From NCBI RefSeq assembly GCF_006345805.1, contig NC_043006.1, positions 104,904,001 through 104,968,000 on the forward strand: a stretch of DNA of 64,000 nucleotides, in the 5' to 3' direction. Origin of the DNA: Octopus sinensis (Eukaryota). Numbering within the stretch: position 1 is the stretch's first letter; each line of letters begins with the position of its first letter. A program made the position numbers and the translations under genes. This document shows, piece by piece, positions 28,220 to 38,879 of the stretch. The notes below the pieces were generated by a model. That model searched no databases. It was not told the origin of the DNA and saw only the letters and a list, made by a program, of their open reading frames with translations.

Positions 28220-28847
28220 TCTAATGTAGGATGAAAGTTTTTCGAAAAACAATTTTATCAATGACCAGCATATTAAAAAATACCTTTAAAGGTTAAATTT
28301 ATAAATAACTTATAAAATAAGGCCAAAAGAAAAATCCTAATGCCAAATATGCCGAAAACAGACAAAATTGTCAATAACCATTATAATTTATGCGTCTCGA
28401 AACAAGCCGATAGAAATTTCTAAAACATTCCGTTATTACCGTATTGGTCCCAATTTCAGAGTTAATTCATAAGAATTTTCTCCTCCTCAGCGATAAAAAC
28501 GTAAGAGATAAATGAAATACTTACTCATAATCATGGAAAAAGCAAGCACTAAGTCCTGAGCAGACAAAATTAAGTACCCCAAATATATCCAAAATAGAAA
28601 ATATTCGGCACATCTCGAGACACGTGTGATTCGAACTAGAAACTTTCACAGAGTGAGAGAGTCCGGAAGTGAACACTATCAAATTTACATCTAATGTAGG
28701 TTAAAATTTTTTCGAAAAAGAATTTTATCAATGGCCAGCATATTAAAAAATACCTTTAAAGGTTAAATTTATAAATAACTTATAAAATAAGGGCAAAAGA
28801 AAAATTCTAATGCCAAATATACACTCTGTGAAAGTTTCTAGTTCGAA
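28220..28847 (-). mobile_element. Non-autonomous PLE/retrozyme-like element: 470-bp unit, 131-bp direct repeat, short terminal inversion
   Basis: 28220-28350 ~ 28690-28820. 28822-28847 is the reverse complement of 28630-28655. Contains an HHR. Confidence 0.75.
28436..28496 (-). ncRNA. Type I hammerhead ribozyme, intact core
   Basis: TTATCG-CTGAGGA-GGAGaaAATTC ttat GAATTaaCTCT-GAA-ATTGG ga CCAAT-A/CGGTAA. All three helices pair; AUA cleavage triplet. Confidence 0.8.
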
Positions 28848-30199
28848 CCACTGGGCCATTGCGCCTCCTCTCACACACACACACACAGATACACACAAAT
28901 ATATATATCCACGAAATTCCACATATCAGAAGAGGTTTCAAATAACGAAGACATGACAAAGCCAACAGTGGCAGCCCAGCATGACCGTAGCTTTTAAGTT
29001 GAAGCTAGTCAAACAGCATCGGACGTGTCCATTTAATGATTTTGGCAGAGAAAGGCAAGAAGAAATTCCTGACCTAACAAAGCCAATGCGAAAGAAATAT
29101 TCATGGTGGACTTTGTGAAAAACATCTCACTTGCCTGATGACCAAAAGATAGGCTGAAAATTTGAAAACGATATTAACGATCGGATTAAAATCCTGTTGA
29201 AGATATCAAGAATTTCCAATGCAGTAAAGCTGAACAACATTGAACAAGAAAGCCGTCAATCAAATGGAAAAAAAAAATTCCTTCTCGATTCTATGAAACG
29301 TCTTCAATATTTTCAAGCACAGATTTGGCGAAACGACTCGCAATACACAAACCTCGTTATTCAAAAGCAGACAGCTTACCAAATCATGGAAATAAAAAAG
29401 AAAATATGTGAATACTCGTTGAAAATGTTTCTAAATGAAGCTTTCAAACAAACGTCAACAAGTTTGCTGGGTCGTTTTAGAAATACTGAAAAAGAGAATA
29501 AAATTTCGATTTTATAAAACTGAGTAATGATATTGACGTTCTGGTGCACCCAAGACATGTTAAATAGAAATATAAGAAACTGAAATAGGTTGGAAGAAGA
29601 TTTATGTGTAAGAAATAATCAGTGATTATGTATAACAGAAAAAAACTGAAGATGATCTTTTCGTAGGTATGAATAACTGGTCAAAAACATGCAATTGAAT
29701 CAAAGCGGTTGGTAAATACTCACAATCCAAATTCTGTAAATAACAGGCACTATTAGTATATTTGCTTGAATATGTTATTTGAATTGAATCTAAATGTTCC
29801 CTCCGATGAAAAACTTGATGATGGGCTTTAACGATAACCATTACTCGCAGACACTTTATATTTACGTAGCACAAATTTCAGCGATAGCTACAGGCATTGG
29901 GCTATGTTTGAATACACCATGTCCCAAAGGTATAATAAAAGCAAAGAATTATATTTCTGGCATAATATAATATATGAAAGATATCGATTAATAAAGTACC
30001 TCAGTCATCTTATTGGTATTCATACACAGTCACTGTATTTCTATCTGTCTATGTCTATACTTATCGACCTGCGTACGCACGTACACCCACAAACACACAG
30101 ACATATGCGCAAGGTCATAGAATTTTCTAGTTTAGTGCCCCGGCACATATCCAGCCCAACAGAAAGAGAAGCTTGAGTTTTGTTGTATGAGGCAAACAT

Positions 30200-30617
30200 T
30201 TACATCAACTTTCTTCTATCAATATTTCCACAATATATGACTGATCCTATATAAGCCTTCTCCACTGTGTGCACTCTAATGGCTATAATACTGTCCCATG
30301 GACCGTCATACTGGAAAATCCAATATATATCCATTATAAGCAAATCAGGATGTATGTAAATAAAACATCCCACATTCAGTTTGCAGTGCAGGGGATACTT
30401 CCTGAAATGCTTCCAAATATGTTTCGCAGTGCAAACGATAAAATTGAAATTTACAGGGATACACACACAGCACATGTTGAACATTTTTCAGTAATGATTT
30501 ATTGATCTTTTTAGCTTTGGTATCATAATTACGTAATAAACATAAAATTCCGTCTGTGTTTTGTTTTAAATTCCTCGATTTCATTTAAATAGATAGTTAA
30601 TTCTGGGACATCCTGTA
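30200..30617 (+). mobile_element. Tc1/mariner-superfamily transposase C-terminal relic with right TIR
   Basis: RMYVNK..IQFAVQGILPEMLPNMFRSANDKIEIYRDTHTAHVEHF. Ends tgggacatcctg-TA. Confidence 0.65.
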
Positions 30618-30620
30618 TAT

Positions 30621-30877
30621 TGGCCTAGTGGTTAGAGCAGCGACTCGCGGGTTCGAATTTCAGACCAGGCTATGTGTATGTTTATGAGCGGCTCCGGCAG
30701 AAGGTAATGGCGAACTTCTGCTGACTCATTCGCCACAACTTTCTCTGACTCTTTCCTCTTGCAACTCACCTGCGACGGACCGGTGTCCCGCCCAGGTAGG
30801 GAACCTATACGCCAAGAAACCGGGAAACCGACCCTTATGAGCCAGGCATGGCTCGAGAAGGAACAAACAACAACAAA
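30621..30877 (+). mobile_element. tRNA-derived SINE, family E (V-domain-like), 13-bp TSD
   Basis: tggcctagtggttagagc..ggttcgaat head; cctgcgacggaccggtgtcccgcccagg; (caa)n tail; TSD acatcctgtatat at 30608-30620 and 30878-30890. Confidence 0.85.
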
Positions 30878-30916
30878 ACATCCTGTATATACTTAACTAT
30901 ATCTCTGTGCGTATGT

Positions 30917-30975
<59 letters not shown>

Positions 30976-31050
30976 GTAATATAGGGCAGGAAAAAATTAT
31001 GGAATATTTTCTACCAGTGACCTAATATGTATACAAAGTCAATAGACATA

Positions 31051-32308
31051 CGAGGGGCGTTCAATAAGTAATGCCCCTGACCCACTTGCCTTTGTTTGAT
31101 CTAGCTGATCTATTATTTATATCTCTATAGATTAAGTGGCAAATTACAGCTCTGAGATAATTGTAGTTTCTGATTTACAGGTGTTTGAACTGAGTCAAGT
31201 GTGAAATGGAGCCTGTTGAGTGTCGAGCAGTGATCTGGTTTTTGTATTTGAAAGGACGCACACCACGGAAGACTTTTGATGAAATGAAAGTAACTTATGG
31301 TGATGATGCCCCATCATATGACCTTGTAAAACGCAGGCATCGTGAATTCAAACATAGTCCGAACTCTGTGGAAACAGCTCCCAGATCTGGTCGCCCCCAT
31401 CTGCCGTTGATGATACGTCTGTCCTTCAAGTTGAGGCTGCCATTTTGGAAGGTCAACGCATAACTATTCGCCAAATAGCCCATGACGTCAAGATTAGTAC
31501 CGGGTCTGTGGAAACTATCATTCATGATCATTTGCATATGCAAAAGGCGTCTGCCAGATGGATTTCCAGGTTGCTCACACCTTTCCAGAAGCAAGAACGC
31601 GTTGAGTGCTCGAGGGTGAATTTGGAGATGTGCCAAGAAGATGAGTCAAATTTTTTCAAAAGACTGATAACACAGAATGAAACCTGGGTCCATCACTATG
31701 ATCCATAGACCAAAGCCCAGTCAATGCAGTGAAAGCACCGTGACTCACCTCCTCCAAAGAAGGCAAGGGTGCAGCCCTCCGCTGACAAGTTTATGCTCAC
31801 AGTCTTCTGGGACCAGGACGGAGTAGTGATGACAGATTTCCTGGCAAAGAGTACCACAATTACAGGAGCCTATTATGCTTCACTTTTGAGGAAATTAAGA
31901 GAAGCTATCAAAATCAAGAGGCAGGGCAAGATCAGCAAAGGCATCCTCCTCCTGCAGGACAACGCTCCGGTCCACAACTCGCTTGTCACCAGATCAGAAG
32001 CACAGGCGTGCAGCTATGAACTCCTCCTCTTGCACCCTCTGATTTTCACCTTTTCCCAGCCATGAAGTGGATTTTGAAAGGAAAGCGTTTCCCAGATGAT
32101 GCAGCCTTGATTTCTGAAGTCACGTCGTGGTTGGAGGACCAAGCTGGGGTCTTCTACAAAAACGGTCTCCAGAGCTGTATCAAACGATGGGAGAAATGCA
32201 TAACTCTGGGTAGTTTCAATGTAGGAAAAGACTAATAATTGTGCCAAGTGTCGTTGCTCTACTGCTATGGGAAGTGGGTCAGGGGCATTACTTATTGAAC
32301 GCCCCTCG
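31051..32308 (+). mobile_element. Full-length mariner transposon (irritans-like), transposase pseudogenised
   Basis: Perfect 37-bp TIRs cgaggggcgttcaataagtaatgcccctgacccactt; TA TSD. ORF remains 31206-32235: RAVI.FLYLKG, ARWISRLL, ITQNETWVHHYDP, LQDNAPVH. The YSPDLAP region is deleted; stops and frameshifts present. Confidence 0.95.
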
Positions 32309-32465
32309 TAGTTTCATATAAAAATCAGTGTACATTTAAACACAAAAGAGGTAAGCCTTAACAGGTTGCCTTACATGCTAGAAGGAACAGTCAAAAAAGT
32401 CCAAACCACAGTTAAGAGCAATTTCGAAGGGAATGAAGAATATAAACATTTACCATGTTTTACAG

Positions 32466-32533
32466 CCGGGCGTTTGGTTTCGAACTTTAATTAGCAAATA
32501 AAATAATTTGCAAGGCGAAGTTCTCATCAGCGG
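32466..32533 (-). ncRNA. Type I hammerhead motif with extended helix II (cleavage triplet mutated)
   Basis: CCG-CTGATGA-GAACTT..GCAAAT tatttt ATTTGC..AAGTTC-GAAAC-caaac-GcC-CGG. Flank resembles the 33806 element. Confidence 0.6.
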
Positions 32534-32759
32534 ATACACATAAATTAGAGACAAAATACCACGTGTATCTTATCCTTATATATTAAAATATCTGTGGTGG
32601 CGATCTTTGATGTACTTATTCGCCACAACTTTCTCTCACTCTTTCTTCTGTTGGCCTGCTCGCTTAAGAAGCGGAGTGGCGTCATCTGAGGGCTAAAACA
32701 ATGCGAAGCACATTGTGACCAGCGATGTGTTGTAACATCTGATAGTCTGGTCGGTCACG

Positions 32760-32813
<54 letters not shown>

Positions 32814-33771
32814 CGATGTTTATCATTCAATATACAGGTGTTTGTGTGGGTATATACTTGTGTGTGTGCGTATATCCATGTATGTATGTTAATGTGTAAT
32901 TTAGGCATTGCCTTCGCAATCACGTGTCCAGGTCTCTGATCTTGGACATAAAGTTTGCAATAAGTTCAAGAATTGCTACATTACGTGATTCTGAGTATGT
33001 AAGCGTAATCGTTCGAGAGCATGCTCTATCAGCAAATGCTTAGATAAATAGCTGGCATGCTGAGCAAGGATCTTTTTCTTAGTAACTAAAGTATTATTAG
33101 TACCGAAAAGCAATATACATATCTTACTTAAAGTGGATATATTAATATAAAGACTAAATATTGTGCTCTTCGTCTTGAGAAGCCATCACGTATATCTGTA
33201 GAGTACTAAAAAGCACAGAAGTATCAGCAGCGAACGAAAATTTGTTAGAATTTTCCTTTATAGCTGCCTGATAGTTTTTGTCTCATGTAGATACTTCTTT
33301 GCTTTGTAGCTCTATAAATCTATATCACATGGCTTCTGAAGACGAATACGGCAGTATAGTAGCTTTGTGTTTGTATTTTCACGTTACGAAAAACAGAGAT
33401 TGTTTTACGATACTAGTAATTCTTCCGCCGCTAATACTGCATATGTATATACACACATGCGGTGTACCATTGGCAACCTGATATTGTAGTGGCGACAATA
33501 TCTTCTAAGTGAAAGAAATTTCTGGGTGTTAGATGATTGAAACAGTTAGTGAAAGAATAAACAAAGTGCTCTGAATATATGCTTTAAATACATCTTAGTT
33601 TTTACGCATTATAAAGATCTTAATATTAGGCGCGGCTGTGTGGTAAGAAGCTTGCTTTCCACCCACATGGTTCCGGGTTTAGCCCAGCTGTGTCTTCTAC
33701 TATAGCCTCGGGCCGAATAAAGCCTTGTGGGTGGAATTGGTAGACGGGAATAGAAAGAAGTCCATCGTATG

Positions 33772-33803
<32 letters not shown>

Positions 33804-33805
33804 AT

Positions 33806-34598
33806 ATACTAAGCAATAAGGGTTTAGCAACGAGTTGCCTTACCACATACCGAATTTAGAAATAGCAGTCAAAGGGTTATAGCTATTTCTTCTACTAAAA
33901 AGGGAGATCTCAGTAAAAACAGCATTTGGAAGGCAGACACAAACAGGTAAGAGAGAATGAATTGACTGCAATCTATCATACATTTTTTTAGTTATCCACG
34001 GACGTACGTTTCGAAATCAAGTTTTAAGGAAAGCATAAGAATTAAATATTAAATATTAAATAATTCTATCTTACCGAAACTTCTTTTCTCTTCAGCGTAG
34101 AATACTATAATCATAAATGATTATATATTGAATTTTGAGATACCAGAAGGCACCAACTCAACTCAGTATCAGAGCGAGCTAGAATCCGCAACTGGTATCA
34201 CCGAATTCAATTTGTGAATGAAACGATTGTGTCAACAGCCCCTTCCCACCCGCGTGTAGCCAAAACAAGATGCTGTGGTCATCTACTGAGATAAAATATG
34301 GTTATCCGTAATAATGAAGGGTGAAATTAATTAATTTGGAAAAATTATCAATTACACCAAGTAGTCTTCGGCATGTAAAAGCCTCATTCGAGGAAAATTT
34401 AAGTAATACTAAGCAATAAGGGTTTAGCAACGAGTTGCCTTACCACATACCGAATTTAGAAATAGCAGTCAAAGGGTTATAGCTATTTCTTCTACTAAAA
34501 AGGGAGATCTCAGTAAAAACAGCATTTGGAAGGCAGACACAAACAGGTAAGAGAGAATGAATTGACTGCAATCTATCATACATTTTTTTAGTTATCCA
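33806..34598 (-). mobile_element. Young non-autonomous PLE/retrozyme-like element: 600-bp unit with identical 193-bp direct repeats
   Basis: 33806-33998 is identical to 34406-34598. Non-coding, inserted into the (TA)n tract of a SINE family A copy, and contains an HHR. Confidence 0.85.
33989..34107 (-). ncRNA. Type I hammerhead ribozyme with ~75-nt helix II and palindromic helix III loop
   Basis: CTACG-CTGAAGA-GAAA..long hairpin..TTTC-GAAAC-GTAC-GTC/CGTGG. Predicted cleavage between 34001 and 34000. Confidence 0.8.
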
Positions 34599-35829
34599 TT
34601 TTTTAGTTTATATATATATATATATAATATATATATATATATGCATATGTTTGTGTTTGTGTTTGTGTGTTCCGTTGTTGGTGTGTTTACGTCCCCGTGA
34701 GCTAGCGGTTCGGCAAAAGAGAAGAGACCGATAAGAAAAGTAGCAGGTTTACAAAGAATAAATCCCTGGGTCGATCTGTTCGATAAAATGCGGTGCTCCA
34801 GCATGGCCGCAGTCAAATTACTGTAACAGCGAAAAAAATAAAAGAATATATATATACATATACACACATAAACACACACGCATATATATATATATATATA
34901 AAACAAACACACACACACATATAAATATATATACACATATATACATACATCCATATACATATACATATATATGTGTGTGTGTGTGTGCATATGTGTACAT
35001 ATATGTATGCTTGCACATTTATATATACATTCACACATGCGCATGTGCAAGCAGAAATACACAGATATATAAAAGTAAAAGAATTTACAAAGGTATGGCC
35101 ACGAAAGTGTACTCTGGAAATAATTGTAAGCAACACCACACTCTGTTATTGAATACATATATATATATATATATATATATTTCAGCTCAAGGAATTCTTG
35201 TAGAAAATTCTCATCGAAATTTATATCATGCACAATAGAACAGTCCTGGTATAATTTTGGAGACAAGAGAAGTAATAGAATCTACTTTTCCTGCAGATGT
35301 GAAGATATCTTCCAATTTCAGCATGAAGGAGATGTTATATATGGGCAAATGAATCGAATAATGTAACTCTTCTACATTAACCATAGATATTATTTGTAAA
35401 ATCAGTTGAGTTATGAAATATAATTTTTGAGATGGAGAAAGCATACAATTTAGTTTTCCTGCAGCTGTGAACATGTCTTACAAATTCGGAGAGAACGAGA
35501 TATCTATGGGCAACTGCATCGAGTCATAGAATTTGTCTATATTAAGCATAAATATGCGTTAATACCAATAATCTTTGGTGGGCGAATACAACTATATTAT
35601 TAAAATTCTATGTAAGAATTTGGAAAAGCTAACTCTTTCAAGCAAACAAAGAGCACGGCTAGCACAAAGCTTACAGATATAATCTGTAAACGGAAGGGTA
35701 AAAATATACAACTCGTTCTTGAAGTTTGATAATTAACTATTAACGTTGTTATTATTTATATTTTCCAATCACGAAGCGTGGTTTATTTAGTTGGAACCTG
35801 CTCGCCATACTTGCTAGGAGATGAACCCT

Positions 35830-36920
35830 ATATCTCGCCGATCTGCTTCAGCAATTTCAGATGGCAGATCGTTACACACTTGATTACTCGAGCTTCCTAG
35901 TGTGGACCAGGGCTACTGTCAACAGGTCGTGCAGGACTTACATAGGATAGTGGTACGAACTAGAGATAAGTCTAGTTTTTGTTGTACACAGTTCTTCTTG
36001 ATCCCCTACACGGATCACAAATTAGTGAAGAGTAGGATGATCATAGTGAGAGTGAATAGACAGGGATCCGTTTATTGGAAGCTGAACAATAGTATTTTGT
36101 CTTGTGAGGCTTACCGTAACCGGATTAAGGAGTTAGTTAAGATGGCATTAACCGGCACTGCGTTGAATAACCGGTGGTGAGCTGTCCTCAAACAAGCCAT
36201 ACGCATTAAGTCAATTACATTTAGCTGTCATTTAAATTTAGATAAGGTTAGAATAGGAGGGAATCTAGTTAAGGAGGCGTTGAGGTTGAGTTCTGCGTCC
36301 GACACCTCAAAGCCGAACACAAGGGATTCAGAGTCAGGGCTAACGTATGTGCATTGGATCGTGAGGGAACCAACGTTGCTGGATGGGCCCGTACGGTGGA
36401 GACCCAGTGTAGCAATGACGCCACAATTAGAACATTGGTTAATGAACAGGAATGTTTAATCGAAGGACAGGACGAGATTAGTGGGGCCATTTAAGAGCAT
36501 TTTGCCGAGGTGTTCGGGAAGAGCAGGACGCTGGACCATAGTTATGACTTTCGGGACTTCCTGGACGGCGGCCTCAGAGACTGAGTACTCTGAAGGCCGA
36601 TTACAGCCAAGGAGGTCATAGATGTACTTTCCGAGTGCCCCGGGGACAGGACGCGGCGACTTAATAGTCTACACTATGAGTTTTATAAAAGTATGCCAGA
36701 CATGTTCGGACACCTTCCGGCTTGCTTCTATTCTGGCTTGCGTCCATTCTGCTGCCAACTGGCAGGGTCGCCCATTAGTACGTGGCAGCAGTCTTCGGGG
36801 CGGCCGGGCTGGGCCCAACTTTCCGCAGCTGGATCACTGCTGTGTACAGCGACATTGAATCTGTCGTCCGGTTTCTTTTTGAAACCATTCGAGATAAAGT
36901 GGTCTGTTCGCCAGGGATGT
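35830..36920 (+). mobile_element. Tx1/L1-clade LINE ORF2 relic (APE end to RT, internally deleted)
   Basis: YTDHKLV; GSVYWKLNNSIL; [23 protein letters not shown]; [13 protein letters not shown]. Confidence 0.85.
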
Positions 36921-36955
36921 ATTTATATGTATGTATATATATATATATGTATATG

Positions 36956-37045
<90 letters not shown>

Positions 37046-37142
37046 AAATTAGAGACAAAACCACTATTATGCAAATCAAACAAAGAAAGACTTAAGCCAA
37101 TACATAAAATAATTTATATAAATTAAAATTTAAAAAATGAAT

Positions 37143-37194
37143 AACCACTACGATCGTTTCGTGTCAGCACATCTTAGACATTCTTCAGGTGGTT
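37143..37194 (-). ncRNA. Minimal type I hammerhead ribozyme in a ~260-bp element (37039-37298) within (TA)n
   Basis: AACCAC-CTGAAGA-aTGTC taagatgtgct GACAC-GAAAC-GATC-GTA/GTGGTT. Perfect 6-bp helix I and palindromic GATC loop. Confidence 0.8.
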
Positions 37195-37297
37195 TCTAAA
37201 CCTTCTTAGCGAGTTATAAACTATAATATTTTACTTTAAAATTAGATTCAATTTTAATCTGATTTTCCCTTGTAAATTTGGATTTATTCCCTAATAT

Positions 37298-37329
<32 letters not shown>

Positions 37330-37389
37330 TATAATATATATATATATATGTGTGTGTATATGTATATATATATGTATATGTATTATATA

Positions 37390-38851
37390 CCGGTAACAAG
37401 GTGGAAACAAGAGTACTCAAATACCAGAGGTAGAGTAATATGCTTTATTTAAAAACAGCAAAAAAATAACAAAAGCTGTTACTCGGAGTCTCACGTTCCC
37501 GTCGTCGGACAGTTTTGTTAAAATAGAACATATGTTAAACACTAGATAAAGGATCACCTTTAAAAATTGATTTCTTTCATTGGTCCTTTCAAATAACGGT
37601 CTTAAGCATGCGATAAGCAAGATAAACAAAATAAATGCATTCAATATAAATTATAAAATATAAAAATCGAGGAAAAACCTTAAATCGAAGAACGGATTCA
37701 AAATACATATTGTCATTAATTATATATGAAATATAATTCGATTAATACAATTAATACATTAAAGATTAAAATATTTCACAAGACTATATACGCATACTAA
37801 ACCATCAATATACATATATGCATCAAAATACAAAGATAGATGTGCACAGACCACATACATATGCAGACATATATAAGCAAGACGTAAATATACACACAAA
37901 TACACGTATACATATGTATACGCAATCTTGCCCGCATGCAAATATCACTTGGTCTATACATATAGACAAGTAGTAAAACATAGAGAGGGGGAGGAAAAAG
38001 AAAAAGAAAATGTAACGACCTTATAAGCAACAGATAGCTAAGGAAGTGAGTAAGAGAAGGAAAAGGGGCGTACAGTTACGGGACCCTATACAAGGAACGA
38101 ATAGGGGGAGAAAAATTACGAAAGAAAGACATCTGAATATGCGTAACGAACGTTCACAAAAGAAAATTACGTATACGTGTGTATATAAAAGTATATATTA
38201 GCAGTAAATACACATATAAGAACACATATATAAATATATAGAGATAAGTACGTAAATATACATCCACACAAATTCAAGTGAATACATGCATACATATACA
38301 TTCATGTATGTATGCGCATAAGTATAAACATATACGCTTACTTACACATATACATAGGCGCATACATACGAATACATATGCATGCCAACAATACAAATAT
38401 TCACATAAAAACATGTCTAGGTCCTGACCTATATACAAACATTATTTAAAAATTGCTGAGTGTATTATAATAATATTTAGATAAAATACATGCAAAATAT
38501 AACACCCTAATATCGAATTATCTATAAATTAAACGATAAAAATGGGTTATTAAAATAGAATAAAGTGCAAATAAAAGCAGAGTCCTAAACAAGAAAATAG
38601 TAATAATATTTTTATATAACGGTCGAAGGTTTTCCTCAAGAAATATGTCGAAATATATACAAAAAACTTTGCGATGCGTAATAAATCATGCATAATACGA
38701 AACAATCCAACCGTGCGATCAAAAACTAGTCCAGGAATAAAAAATATACGCTATTCATATGGGATATTGCTTGTCGACATTTTAAATTTAGTTGTGTGTC
38801 TGCAGAAATTCAAGAGTACGCTTCTTTGATTTAAAGAATTATCGTCCTTTA
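37390..38851 (-). mobile_element. Penelope-like element 3' remnant (ORF C-terminus, 3' UTR, terminal HHR variant at 37476-37512)
   Basis: Minus strand LLKDDNSLNQRSVLLNFCRHTTKFK* resembles the PLE LN.RSEL...CRH..KF C-terminus. CTGT-CCGACGA-cgggaacgt-GAgAC-tccga-GTA-ACAG; AATAAA downstream. Confidence 0.6.
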
Positions 38852-38879
38852 ATAATTCTTTAAATCAAAGAAGCGAACT

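Noticed and set aside
29197-29517. 106-aa ORF or GIY-YIG remnant
   Set aside because: Only a faint STDLAKRLAIHK resemblance in another frame; too weak without a search.
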